Source: Octopus sinensis
Lineage: Eukaryota
Direction: 5' to 3'
NCBI RefSeq assembly: GCF_006345805.1
Contig: NC_043013.1
Coordinates: 9,920,001 to 9,984,000, forward strand
Length of the DNA stretch: 64,000 bases
Made by a program: the position numbers and the translations under genes
In this document: piece after piece, positions 49,821-63,194 of the stretch
How the letters are laid out: each line of letters begins with the position of its first letter
How positions within the stretch are numbered: the stretch's first letter is position 1
Notes under the pieces: generated by a model
Told to the model about the DNA's origin: nothing
What the model saw: only the letters and a program-made list of their open reading frames with translations
Database searches by the model: none

Positions 49821-52479
49821 CAACCACATGCATGCGTGTGTGTGCTTGTACACGCGTATGTGTGAGTAATTGTCACCAACATAGGTACAAGACTAGAAAT
49901 GTTATGAGGGCTTTGAAATTATCGACTTCAGTACTTTGCTGGCGTTTAATTCTGTTGATCCCGAGGGTGTGAAAAGCAAATTTGAGCTCTGCGGTATTTG
50001 ATCTCAAAACATAAGAAACCGATGCAAATACTGCAAAGATTTTCTTCCGACTCTTTAACGATTCTACAAAACAACAGCCAAACCACCGTGCCTGCGCTCG
50101 CGTGTCTGTTTGTGATATCTATAAACAACCGTAGAAAGAAAGATTTCAGTGCTGACAGTTTTAAGACGCAGTAAAAATAACCATTATGCATAAGATGGCT
50201 TATCAGGAGACGGTTTCCATTGAATTAATAATTTCATAAGTGTTCTGGTTATAATTGTTCGTAGGAACAGATCATATTAATCCAAAATAAGTAACAAGTT
50301 GAAAGATACGTCAGTACTTATATTGGTATTGAATGAACATCCAATATCGAATTATGGTTTCATTACAATATGAAAATTATCAAATGATGAGAACACAAGA
50401 ATGATTTATCGTTTTATACATGTTTTTCCGTCTTACTTATGACATTGTAATTACGAGAGAAACTTTAGAAAGAGCGAGACACCACATCAATTTAGATATT
50501 CAGTCTTTGATCTAGGAATGATATTAAAAATCATTAAAATAACAAATATAACGGCAGAATATTTATAAAACAGTTAAAGCTACAGGAAAATTGCGTAGCA
50601 ATATTTTCTTCCAGCTCACTATGTTGCAAGTTCAAATCTCATCGAGATCAACTTTCTCCTTCATGCTCTTGTGGGGTGGGGCGCGAAAAATTAAAGTAAC
50701 AGTCAAATTACTCGCGTTGATGTAATCGACTAACTCCACCACCCACATTTTGCCTATTCTGTTACTATTTTCTTTGTTTCAGTCATTTGACTGCGGCCAT
50801 GCTGGAGCACCACCTTCAAGCGGTTTTATTCGAACTAATCGACCCCGGGACTTATTCTTTGTAAGCGTAGTACTTATTATATCGGTGTTCATTTGCCGAA
50901 GTAACGGAGACATAAACACACCAACATATATACATATATATATATATACATATATATACACATATATATATATACATATATATACACACGATAGGCTTCT
51001 TTCAATTTCCTCTGCCATATCCACTCACAAAACTCTGATCAACCTAAGGCTATAGTTGAAGACACTTAGTTTTAAGAATAGCACACTCCGCAGATAAAAA
51101 TATCTAATATGTTCATGTCGGGCAAGATGCTTAGCGGTATTTCGCCTGTCTTTATGTTTTGAGTTCAAATTCCGCCGAGGTCGACTTTGCCTTTCATCCA
51201 TTCGGGGTCGATAAATTAAGTACTAGTTGCGTACTGGGGTCGATCTAATCGATTGGACCTATCCACCAAAAATTTAGAGCCTTGTGCCTAAAGTAGAAAA
51301 GAATATCTAATGTGTTATCGTTCGTTTTTTTTTTAAAAAAAGACGTTTGAGTGTGTGGATTTGGCTGCGATTTCGAACGATCGAGTAGAGCAGTGGTTCT
51401 CAGCCAGGGTCCATATGCCCCTTTATGGTTCCTATGGCCCTTAAGGGTCCATATAAGTCTTTGTGGTTTAATAGTTAGGAGCAATAAATTGATTATATTT
51501 GTACAATGCACAAAATATTTAAACATCTTTTTATACAATTCCTAATAATATTTTCTCTTATTTGTTTTATTCTTCTGCTTGTTTCAGTCATTAGACTGCG
51601 GCCATATTGGGGCAACGCCTTGAAGAATTTTAGTTGAAGTAATCAATCCCGCTACTTATTTAAAAACCTGTTTCTTATTCTATAGATCACTTTTACTGAA
51701 CCACTAAATTACGAGGTCGTAAACACACCAACACCGGTTGCAAGCGGTGGTGGTGGGACACCTGTTGTTATGTCCTGTTATTTGCATTTATATTTGTGTA
51801 ACATTTCTCCGGTTTTTTTTCTGTCCTTGTTTTCGTATACATTCGCTGCTTTCTTCCAAGGAATCTAATGCTCTTAGCTTAGTTTTTTCTTGAGGCTGGT
51901 CAGATTGGAGCAATCTCGCGTATAACCATCCGAAATTGCAAAGACAATCTGGAACTCGAATGAGGACAGAAAACTCCGAATAGCCCGTCCTTGTTTTCTT
52001 TGTATCGTCTGTCTAGGTGTTTTGTGTTCTTGTCCCATATATATATACGACGGGCTTCTTTCAGTTTCCATCCACCAAGGCTTGGATCGGCCCGAGGCTA
52101 TAGTAGAAGACACTTGCCCAAGGTATCACGCAGTGGGACTGAACCCGGCAGCATGTGGCTGAGAAGCAAACGTCTTACCACACAGCAAAATCTGCGCCTA
52201 TTTAGTCATAAAAATATGAGGAATTTTTAGACATCGTATGGCTAGGAGAGTCCACGTTTCAGCAAAAATAAGAGTCAATGGGGTCCACAGACAAAAAGTG
52301 GTTGAGAACTTCTGCCGTTGAGCGTTGATCGTAGTTTCTAGCATTTGGGATTGAGAGAAGAAAATAGCTGGATATAATGTAAATAGCGAAACAATGATAG
52401 GGTGTTGTGGCTGTGTGGTAGGGCGATTGTTTATACAACAATAGAATCAACCATGTAGAAAATAGAGTCGCTGGTGGTG

Positions 52480-53860
52480 ATAATGGCGACGGTTTTAGAG
52501 GCGGCCAACAGTAATGGTAGGAATAGAGCTGAATGGTGTTGATGGCGGTGTTGATGGTGGTGGTAGTGGTGATGTAGGTGGAATCAGTAATTGAAGTTCT
52601 TGGTGTTGATGGAGGAGGTTAGAGATAGTAATGGTATTGTCATCTATGTGTTTGGTGTGTTGATGGTTGTGGCTTATAATTGTGGCAAAGACCGAAGTGG
52701 CGATGCTAGAGATGGTATTGGTAATTACTGAGGTGTTAATAGCAACAATAGCGGTATTAGTGTCGATTCGTAGTAGTTGTGGACAGTCTATTGTTTCAGT
52801 GCAAATCATCTTTCATCATGCAGAGCCATGATCAAAGACACTCCAGCTATGAACATCCATCCCGTTTTTCATTAAGTGCTGAGAACTCAGATCCTCATAA
52901 TGGAGGAAATGGTAATGACTGAGATGTTAGTGTCGATTCGATGTATTTGTGGACTGGTTAATGTTTAAGCGCAAAATGCTTTTTCATCGAGCAAAACCAT
53001 GATCAAAGATGTTCCATCCCATCTTTCCTTTTCTTCTCTAGGCACAAGGCCCAAAATTTTCTGGGGAGGCGGGCCAATCGATAAGATCGAACCCAGTACG
53101 CAACTGGTACTTAATTTATCGACCTCGAAAGGATGAAAGGCAAAGTCGACCTCGGCGGAATTTGAAATTAGAACATAAAGAAAGGCGTAATACTGCCAAG
53201 CATTTCGCCCGGCGTGCTAACATTTCTGCCTTCATTCCTATCTTTTACTATCTGCAGAGAACTCAAATCCACATTGCCCACGGTGGGGATTTGGGGGGAG
53301 TAGTAGTAGTAGTAGTGGTGGTGGTGGTAGCAGCAGCAGCTATAGTAGTAGCAGCAGCCGCATTAGTAGTAGTGGTGGTGGTGGTAGTAGTAGTAGTAGT
53401 AGCAGCAGCCGTAGTAATAGTAGTTGTAGTAGCAGTAATAGTAATGTTGTTGGTAGTAGACTGGTATTGGTGATCGTATTGGTTTGGTGTTGGTGATGGT
53501 AGTAGAGTGGTGGTTGGTGATAGTAGTGGTGATAGTGGTATTGGTAGAGTTAGTAGTGCTGACGGTGACATTAGTAATGGTGATGATGTTGGTGTGGAAC
53601 TTGTAGTAATTGTTGTATTGATAGTAGTGGGTAGTAGTGGCAACGATATCTCAGTGGAAGGTTTTGGTGGTAGTTGTGACATTAATGCCTTCGTGGGGTT
53701 TATGTGTGGTTGTGAGAATGACAACGGTGGCAGCGGTTATGGTAGTCATAGTAATGAGAATGAACTGGTTGGGACAAGAAAGGTTCATGAAAAGGAGAAT
53801 GGTAATGTTGATGATGTGGTAGTGGTGGTGGTATTAGCTAGTGAGGAGTAGAGTTAGAGC
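52480..53860. repeat. Degenerate (GTA/GTG/GAT)n tracts interrupted by a 170-bp duplication and a SINE D' (53030-53232, minus)
   Basis: Direct inspection. Confidence 0.85.
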
Positions 53861-53996
53861 GTCGCTCAGTTAATAGGGGTAAGGGAAAGAGTCGATAAGC
53901 TGGTGTTGTTATCGGAGGTTGGCTTATTTGTTGCGAGGAAAATTATTAAGGAACGATAAGATGTACAAATCACAACACAGAAAGGAGAAGCATATA

Positions 53997-54392
53997 GGCG
54001 CAGGAGTGGCATAGGCGCAGGAGTGGCTGTGTGGTAAGTAGCTTGCTAACCAACCACATGGTTCCGGGTTCAGTCCCACTGCGTGGCATCTTGGGCATGT
54101 TTCTTCTGCTATAGCCCCGGGCCGACCAATGCCTTGTGAGTGGATTTGGTAGACGGAAACTGAAAGAAGCCTGTCGTATATATGTATGTGTGTGTGTCTG
54201 TGTTTGTCCCCCTAGCATTGCTTGACAACCGATGCTGGTGTGTTTACGTCCCTGTTACTTAGCGGTTCGGCAAAAAAGAGACCGATAGAATAAGTACTGG
54301 GCTTACAAAGAATAAGTCCCGGGGTCGATTTGCTCGACTAAAGGTGGTGCTCCAGCATGGCCGCAGTCAAATGACTGAAACAAGTAAAAGAG
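53997..54392 (+). mobile_element. SINE B with duplicated 17-nt 5' end
   Basis: ATAGGCGCAGGAGTGGC at 53994-54010 and 54011-54027. Confidence 0.92.
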
Positions 54393-54622
54393 TACATGTG
54401 GATTGTTGGCGAAATTTTTTCCCTCCGTATGCCTTTTCTTGTGAAATTTTCCTGTCTCCTGTTTCCGAAGAAAAGAGCTTTGCTCGAAGCATAAAACACC
54501 CTTTCTTTCCTTCCCTGAGCGTCTTATTAATACGTTGCATGTACCACGTCCTCACGTTGTTGCTTTTCTTTCTTGTCTATTTTTTCCATTAAAAAAAAAA
54601 TAATTATATATATATATATATA

Positions 54623-54850
54623 TGGAGGCACAATGGCCCAGTGGTTAGGGCAGCGGACTCGCGGTCGCAGGATCGCGGTTTCGATTCCCAAACTGGGCAT
54701 TGTGGGTGTTTATTGAGCGAAAACACCTAAATAGCTCCACGAGGCTCCGGCAGGAAGTGGGGCGATCCCTGTTGTACTCTTTCGCTACAACTTTCTCTCA
54801 CTCTTTCTTCTGTTGGCCTGCTCGCTTAGCCAGCGGGGTGGCATCATTTG
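54623..54850 (+). mobile_element. SINE C variant with a different 3' part
   Basis: C head, then CTGTTGGCCTGCTCGCTTAGCCAGCGGGG in place of the usual C body. Confidence 0.7.
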
Positions 54851-54936
54851 AAGGTTAAAACGTGTATATATATATATATATATATACACAAATATATACA
54901 AATACACACACACACATATATATACATATATGTATA

Positions 54937-55260
54937 GGTGTAGGAGTGGCTGTGTGGTATGTAGCTTGCTTATGAACCACATGGTTCCGTGTTCAGTCCC
55001 ACTGCATGGCACCTTGGGCAAGTAAGTATCTTCTACTATAGCCTCGGGCCGACCAAAGCATTGTAAGTGGATTTGGTAAACGGAAACTGAAAGAAACCCG
55101 TCGTATATATGTATATATGTGTATGTATGTGTGTGTGTGTGTGTATACGTTTGTGTGTCTTTGTTTGTACCCCCAGCATCTCATGAAAACTAATTTTGGT
55201 GTGTTTTTGTCTCCGTATCTTAATGATTCCGCAGAAAAGAACGAAAGAGTACGTACTAGG

Positions 55261-55296
<36 letters not shown>

Positions 55297-55452
55297 ATAT
55301 ATATAGGCGTAGGAGTGGCTGTGAGGTAAGTAGCTTGTTTACGGGTTCAGTCCCACTGCGTGGCACCTTGGGCAAGTATCTTCTACTATAGCCTCGGGCC
55401 GACCTAATCCTTGTGAGTGGATTTGGTAGACGGAAACTGAGATAAGCCCGTC

Positions 55453-55511
<59 letters not shown>

Positions 55512-55721
55512 TGTGTGTGTTTGTGTGTCTGTGTTTGTCCCCCTAGCATTGCTTGACAACCGATGCTGGCGTGTTTATGTCCCCGTTACTTAACGGTTCG
55601 GCAAAAGAGACCGATCGAATAAGTACTGGGCTTACAAAAGAATAAGTCCCGGGTCGAGTTGCTCGATTAAAGGCGGTGCTCCAGCATGGCCGCAGTCAAA
55701 TGACTGAAACGAGTAAAAGAG
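54937..55721 (+). mobile_element. Two tandem SINE B copies (54937-55262 partial; 55306-55721 full)
   Basis: Two heads separated by (TA)n. Confidence 0.85.
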
Positions 55722-56664
55722 TATATATTACGTGTTTTATTCAATAGTTTGCGGCCCTGCTGTTACACGGCATTACCGCCATGAAGAATTTTAGTCGAAC
55801 GAAACGTCACTACTACTGTTTTTAGTCGTGTATTTTATATGCATATGTGTGTGTGCATGTATGTACGTGTAGCGTATGTTTATGTTTCGTTTTTTGTAGT
55901 ATATATCCATATTTATCAAGATGCATTTGTATTGATCATCTATAAGAGGCCAATGATGATGAGGAGGCTGAATAGGAGGAAGGTAAGTATGAAGTGGAAT
56001 AGCCGATCATGACAACCACTCTAACATGGACGTTCGGAATAGCAATGACGGTTTCATCCGTGTTGGCCATGATGATGATGGTGACGACTATTTTGGGTGT
56101 TTTGACGGTTCGTTTGGCAGGGCGTAGATGTGTTGTTGTCTGTGTGAGCGTATGCGTTAGTCAAAGGTGACGTATAGTAGTAGTGTGAGATGAGTGGTAA
56201 TGGGGGGATGGAGTTGCGTGTGTGTAGGATAGGATGGAGCGGTGTTCGGGGTGCGGGATGAAGCCGGATGAGGCATGATGGAGAGACTAACTGCAATTAA
56301 AGAACGGCAATGGTTGGGTCAACAACTTATTTAAATAACAAAGATATTGGGGGGAGTGAGGGAAAGAAAGAGAGAAAGAGAGAGCTGAAATGACAAGTGT
56401 ATATTAGTGTCAGTTAAGAAAGACACACGAAAACTGACGGAGCTAAGGGATAGGGAGTGAGAAGAAAGCGCGTAAACAAAAGGGAACGGGTAAGGGGTTT
56501 GTTAGAGGATGGCAGCTTGTTCCCACTCCCGACACTCGTTCCTCCAATAGATGAGAAAATTGGACAGAAGGTAGTGTTACTAAATAAGAGATTGGTTGAC
56601 TCAGTTGACGGGTAAAGAAAAATAAGAAGAATGATAATGATAATGATAATAATCTTTTCTGCTA

Positions 56665-57016
56665 TAGGCACAACGCTTGAAATTTTGGAGGAGGGGTTAA
56701 GTCGATACATCGACCCCGAAAGGATGAAAGGTAAAATCGACCTCGGCGGAATTTGAACACACAACGTAATGGCAGACGAAATACCTATTTCTTTACTACC
56801 CACAAGGGGCTAAGCACAGAGAGGACAAACAAGGACAGACACACGGATTAAATCGATTATATCGACCCCACTGCGTAACTGGTACTTATTTAATCGACCC
56901 CGAAAGGATGAAAGGCAAAGTCAACCTCGGCGAAGTTTGAACTCAGAACGTAACGGCAGACAAAATACCGCTAAGCATTTCGCTCGGCGTGCTAACGATT
57001 CTGCCAGCTGACCGTC

Positions 57017-57018
<2 letters not shown>
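56665..57018 (-). mobile_element. SINE D array: LINE-tailed unit followed by a D'-tailed unit
   Basis: GTATT sites at 56968 and 56784 (184 apart). Confidence 0.85.
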
Positions 57019-57066
<48 letters not shown>

Positions 57067-57862
57067 TTCTGATAAAGGCACATGGTCTGAAATTTTGGAG
57101 GGAGGAGGAGAGTCGCTCACTTAGTCCTTGACTAGTGCTTGATTTATCGACCCCGAAAGGATGAAAGGCAAAGTGGACATCGTTGGAATTTGAACTCAGA
57201 ACGCATAGACAGATGAAATGCCGCGAAGCATTTTCCCGCCTTATTAACAATTATTCTCATAATGGTGATATTAATGGGGATTTCAGATAAGGGTGATATT
57301 AGGATAGCTTTCAATGTGCTGCGGTTTACATTAAAAGATGAGAGGGAGAGGGGTGAAGATGAGATAAAAATATTTTTTGATGATGATGATGACGACGTCG
57401 ACTATGATGATGAAAAATTGCATGGTTTCTCATTTCCTTTAAGTAAATATTGAAAAAAAAAAAGAATTCTCACCATGTAATTGGTCTGCAAAAAGACAAC
57501 TCATTAATCAAATTAAGTTATTTAATGATTCACTGTTTAAATATAATTACTTATTTTATATACGATGAATTAACAAGGACGACCCCTAAATGTTCGCACT
57601 TTTTGCTAGAAAATAACGGTAAAATCTTTGTGGAACGATAATCTACTGTTTGGAAATCCAAAGCTTTCAGTGGACAATATCATCATGGCTATACGCTGCA
57701 TTTAAACTGGTAATCATGGTTGGAACGTCTTTGATCATAGGTTTTTCTGAGGAAGGCGAGTATGATGCATAATAAAATTAAAAGGATATAAAACCATGTG
57801 TGTCTGTTTGGGTCTGTTTCTTTATTTACCTATATATCTACCTCGCTATATCTCTATATATA

Positions 57863-58265
57863 GGTGCAGGAGTGGCTGTGTGGTAAGTAGCTTGCTAACC
57901 AACCACATGGTTCCGGGTTCAGTCTCACTGCGTGGTATCTTGGGCAAGTGTCTTCTGCTATAGTCCCGGGTCGACCAATGCCTTGTGAGTGGATTTGGTA
58001 GACGGAAACTGAAAGAAGCCCGTCGTATATATGTATATATATATATGTATGTGTGTTTGTGTGTCTGTGTTTGTCCCCCTAGCATTGCTTGACAACCGAT
58101 GCTGGTGTGTTTACGTCCCCGTTACTTAGCGGTTCGGCAAAAAGAGACCGATCGAATAAGTACTGGGCTTACAAAGAATAAGTCCCGGGGTCGATTTGCT
58201 CGACTAAAGGCGGTGCTCCAGCATGGCCGCAGTCAAATGACTGAAACAAGTAAAATAATAAAGAG
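57863..58265 (+). mobile_element. SINE B, young copy
   Basis: Match to SINE B. Confidence 0.92.
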
Positions 58266-58553
58266 TATATGGACATACGCGCACGCGCACGTACACGAAC
58301 ACGTACAAACTTCTTCAATATGCAGGTCCCCTTTCTATATAATAAATTGTATAAAATTAAATAATAAGAGTAGAAATTAATGTAAATCAATTAAAACCAG
58401 CGGCCTGGAATATTTTTTAAAAATCTGAAGATTAAAAATCGTGTTACATACAGAATTTAGAGGAATGACCACTAAACATAACTCCAGCATGACCACAGCA
58501 ACATAGCTGAACTGAGTAAAAGAGAATATGCACACGCACACATATATAGATAA

Positions 58554-59760
58554 CTAGCATTAAAGACCCGTCGTTGCCGGGTCATAGTGCTAGTGCATGT
58601 ATATATGTGTATATATATGTGTTCATATTACATGTACATCTATATATATACATCTACACATAAAATACAAAATACAAAGTTATATCTTGATATCGTTAGT
58701 GATAACAATACTCAAAATATATAACAGACTGGAATTGTTAGCCCGTCTCTTGTAATTTCGATCAATTGTATCTTGTCCTCCCTCTTGTATAGAAGTGTGG
58801 CTACAATCCGACGGCTGCAGCGAAATTCATTTTTGGACTTTCTTCTATCGAAGACATTTCAGCAAAAAATACTTCCGTGTAAACGGTGAAAATATTGTCA
58901 ATTTCCCCAAACAGGGACACAATTCAATTTTTAAACAATAACCAAAGCTCCTTCTCCCAAAGTGGGAGGGTTACGGTTTACAATTATTTAACAAATGCAA
59001 CACAACAACGCTTCCCTTACGAGGAACCAACAAACGTGATAACAATAGTTAAACAGAAATATTAATAACAACAAACCTTACGGTAAACCAAAAAGCAGTA
59101 CTCTGTTGAAGCTATAGGCCTTTATGGATCAGAAATTAACTAACAACGGTACTCAGTAGAATGCTTAATGCTAGCTAATTAGCAAGTAATCTAATGTAAA
59201 AGCCGTGCACACCTCCATCTGGACTATTCCATTTCTGCACTTAAATTTTACTTTTTATTTATTCCCATTCATGTGAAACCACTGATTCAAGTTCAAGTCA
59301 TTGATGCAATTTTATACCAATTGCTATTTTTACTTTTGTTATGTTACGCTTATATTATACTTTAGTTTGATTTTAATTATTACTTACTACATATAATTCA
59401 ATTGTTATTATTATTTCTATTGTTAAAGTGAAAGTATCTGACATAAAATAGAGAAACGTTTTTGTTTCACTTTTAACACGTAATACTGAAATAGTGGAGA
59501 AGATATGATATTGCTATGGGCTCGCTCTAGGCAAGAAGTTGAACATTTTTTTTGCCCATGAAACTACATGGACCCTAAGTAAGGCATGTGTAAAATTTGA
59601 ATGAAATTGGTTGTGTAGTTCTCAAGTTTTATGGAATCGTAGAGAAGATATGATATTTCTGTGGGCTCGCCCTAGGCAAAAAGTTAAAGTTCTCAAGTTT
59701 TAGGGAAACAGACAGACAGACTGACAGACACACATTCTCAGTTATATATATAAAGATAGA
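58554..59760 (-). mobile_element. Lep1-like non-autonomous Helitron (about 1.2 kb)
   Basis: Minus strand A|TCTATC..., (GTCT)n near the 5' end, hairpin GACCCG/CGGGTC, 3' CTAG|T. Confidence 0.7.
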
Positions 59761-59784
59761 TGAAATCATACACACGTGGCCATA

Positions 59785-60056
59785 GGCGCAGGAGTGGCTG
59801 TGTGGTAAGTAGCTTGCTAACCAACCACATGGTTCCGGGTTCAGTCCCACTGCGTGGCATCTTGGGCAAGTGTCTTCTGCTATAGCCCCGGGCCGACCAA
59901 TGCCTTGTGAGTGGATTTGGTAGACGGAAACTGAAAGAAGCCTGCCGTATATATGTATATATATATATGTGTGTGTGTGTCTATGTTTGTGTGTCTGTGT
60001 TTGTCCCCCTAGCATTGCTTGACAGCCGATGCTGGTGTGTTTACGCCCCCGTCACT
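59785..60056 (+). mobile_element. SINE B, 3'-truncated
   Basis: Head through CCCCGTCACTT. Confidence 0.88.
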
Positions 60057-60454
60057 TTTAATCAACCATGATCTTTTAATCAACCATTGAGCTCGTATGT
60101 ATTTAAATTAATTTAGCTAACTCAGGCTCTCCTTATTCCTCTCATTATCTAAACAATTATCTATATAGCTTTATCTCCCTCGTTCGATCAGCTATCTATT
60201 CAATAAGTTTAGTTCATCTGTCTGCCCGTCTGCTTGTAACAGTTTGTCCGTCTGTCTCCCACACACCCATAATCTTTTATTTCGTTTATCACACTATTTT
60301 TTTCTCTCTCTCTCACATACATACACACACATACACTCTTACACACACAAACTCTCTCGCTCTCTCTCTCGCGCGCGCGCGTGGATACATGATATAACTG
60401 CTCTACAAAGTTTCATATCTGAACAATATTAAGCAATCATAACGCGGCTAATAT

Positions 60455-60668
60455 CTTTTCTACTCTAGGCATAAAGTACGAAATTTTTGGGGAGGTGCCC
60501 AGTCGATTAGATCGACCCCAGTAAGCAACTGGTACTTAATTTATCGACCCCGAAAGGATGAAAGGTAAAGTTGACCTCGGCGGAATTTGAACTCAGAACG
60601 TAAGGACAGACGAAATGCCGCTAAGCATTACACGCGGCGTGCTAACGTTTCTGCCAGCTCGCCGCCTT
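60455..60668 (-). mobile_element. SINE D', full length
   Basis: Reverse-complement match to 17868-18085. Confidence 0.85.
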
Positions 60669-60767
60669 ATGCATAAATATATATTAACAGGCAGATACCC
60701 ATATATATGTATGTGTATTAACAAAAATTCTCGAAGGTCCTCACGCACATGGACATATGTCCCTTAT

Positions 60768-60999
60768 CTTTTACTTATTTCAGTCTTTAGACTGCAGCTA
60801 TGCTGGGGTATTTTTAAACGAATGAATCGCCTCCAGTTCTTAATTATTTTACGAAGCCTCGTACTTTTTCCATCGTCTATTTAGCCGAACCGCTAATGTA
60901 CGGAAACATAAACTTACCAACACCTGGTGCCAAGCGGTGGTAAGAGCCAAACACAGACACAAAGACACACATGTAAGTGCGTGTATATGTATATATATA

Positions 61000-61031
<32 letters not shown>

Positions 61032-61072
61032 TGTGTATATATATATATATATATAGTGTGTGTATATATATA

Positions 61073-61103
<31 letters not shown>

Positions 61104-61169
61104 GTGTATATATATATATGTGTGTGTGTATATTATATATATATATAATATATATATATGTGTGTGGTG

Positions 61170-61202
<33 letters not shown>

Positions 61203-61246
61203 ATATATATATATTATATGTGTGTGTGTATATATATATATATATA

Positions 61247-61287
<41 letters not shown>

Positions 61288-61318
61288 ATATATATATATA
61301 TATGTGTATATATATATA

Positions 61319-61349
<31 letters not shown>

Positions 61350-61518
61350 GTGTATATATATATATATATAATGTGTGTGTATATATATATATGTGTGTGT
61401 ATATATATAATATATATGTGTTTGTGTATATATATATATATGTGTGTGTATATATATATATGTGTGTGTGTATATATATATATATATGTGTGTGTATATA
61501 TATATATATATGTGTGTG

Positions 61519-61549
<31 letters not shown>

Positions 61550-61797
61550 ATGTATATATATATATATACACACACACATATATATATATTTATATATATA
61601 TATATGTGTGTGTGTGTATATTTATATATATATACACAACGGGCTTCTTCCTGTTTCAGTCTATCATATCCACTCACAAGGTCTTAGTCGGCTCGGAGCT
61701 ATTGTAGAAAGCACTTTCCCAAGTTGCCACGCGGTGGGACTGAACCCGGAACCACGTAGTAAGGAAGCAAGCTTCTTACTACTAAGCCACGCCCGAA
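60768..61797 (-). mobile_element. Old SINE B with internal microsatellite expanded to about 660 bp
   Basis: Tail half 60768-60970, (TA)n(TG)n 60975-61635, head half 61636-61797. Confidence 0.75.
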
Positions 61798-62449
61798 ATA
61801 TATACAGTTATTGAAATATATAAAAACATTCCAATTTTCTGGCAATTACCGTTCTAAATCCAACTATTCTATTACACCAACTGTTATTTTCAATCATATG
61901 TAGACAGACACACCTTATAGACAGACACACATTACATATACACTCACAGATATAATTACTGGCGCACTCGTAGACAAACATATAATATCCATTGCTGATC
62001 TCCCTTCCTCCCTCTCTCTTCAGCTGTTATTCTCTTTGTTTCACTGACATTGTGTGTTCAATAATTTGTCACTCGCCCTCCTGACTTTGACCTCTGTGTT
62101 TTCTAATCACTTCCCACGTGATCCATCATCTTGTCAGAGTCCGTCACCTTCCATTCCTTCCAGTGATTCTATTAGCTCTCTCTCTCTCGCTCACTTTTTC
62201 TGTCTGTCTGTCTCTCTCTGTCTTTCTATCTGTCCCTGTCCATCTCTCTCTCCCCCCCTCTCTCTCTCTCGTGTTCTTTTGCTCTCTAATGGGGGTCGCC
62301 TTCTATCTATCGTTCTCTAATTCTGCAATTACCAACTTCAGCCCTCTCTAAGGGATTCTATTTTAGTTGTTTGTCCCTTATCCCTTTTTCCTTCCTTCCT
62401 TCTCCTTCTCTTACTGTTCAATATCCCCCTCTATCTATCTATCTATCTA

Positions 62450-62484
<35 letters not shown>

Positions 62485-62490
62485 TTATCA

Positions 62491-62546
<56 letters not shown>

Positions 62547-62966
62547 GTCTATCTATATGTCTATCAAACTGTCTGTCTGCTTATCTATCTTGCTATCTCT
62601 CGCTTACTTAGACACTCATACATTGAGTCTCTGCCCTCTTTCTTTCTAGTTTATTTACTGCCATTTTTTCATCATGCGTGTGTGTGTCTGTATGTGTGTG
62701 CGTGCGTGTGTCTATGTGTCTGTGTCTATGTGCGCATGCGCGTGTTTCTGGCTTTCTGCTTCATTCCCCGTTTTTAACTCCTGACACCATTCTTTTTCAG
62801 GCTTTGTCCTTATATTTGACCAGCTGACTTCCTCGCTCTTACTTTCTCCTTTTGATACTTGACTTCTCTTTCTCTATCACCTCATTCCCATTCCATATTT
62901 TCGCTCACATTCATTCATTCGTATGACCCGCCTTCGCTCCTTGATCTCTCTATATTAACCCCAACC

Positions 62967-63194
62967 GGCGAGCTGGCAGAAACGTTAGCACGCCGGGCGA
63001 AATGCGTAGCCGTATTTCGTCAGTCGTTACGTTGTGAGTTCAAATTCCGCCGAGGTCGACTTTGCCTTTCATCCTTTCAGGGTCGATAAATAAAGTACCA
63101 GTTACGCACTGGGGTCGATATAATCGACTTAATACCTTTGTCTGTCCTTGTTTGTCTCCTCTATGTTTAGCCCCTTGTGGGCAATAAAGAAATA
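62967..63194 (+). mobile_element. Solitary SINE D with 16-bp target-site duplication
   Basis: TATATTAACCCCAACC at 62951-62966 and 63195-63210. Confidence 0.92.
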
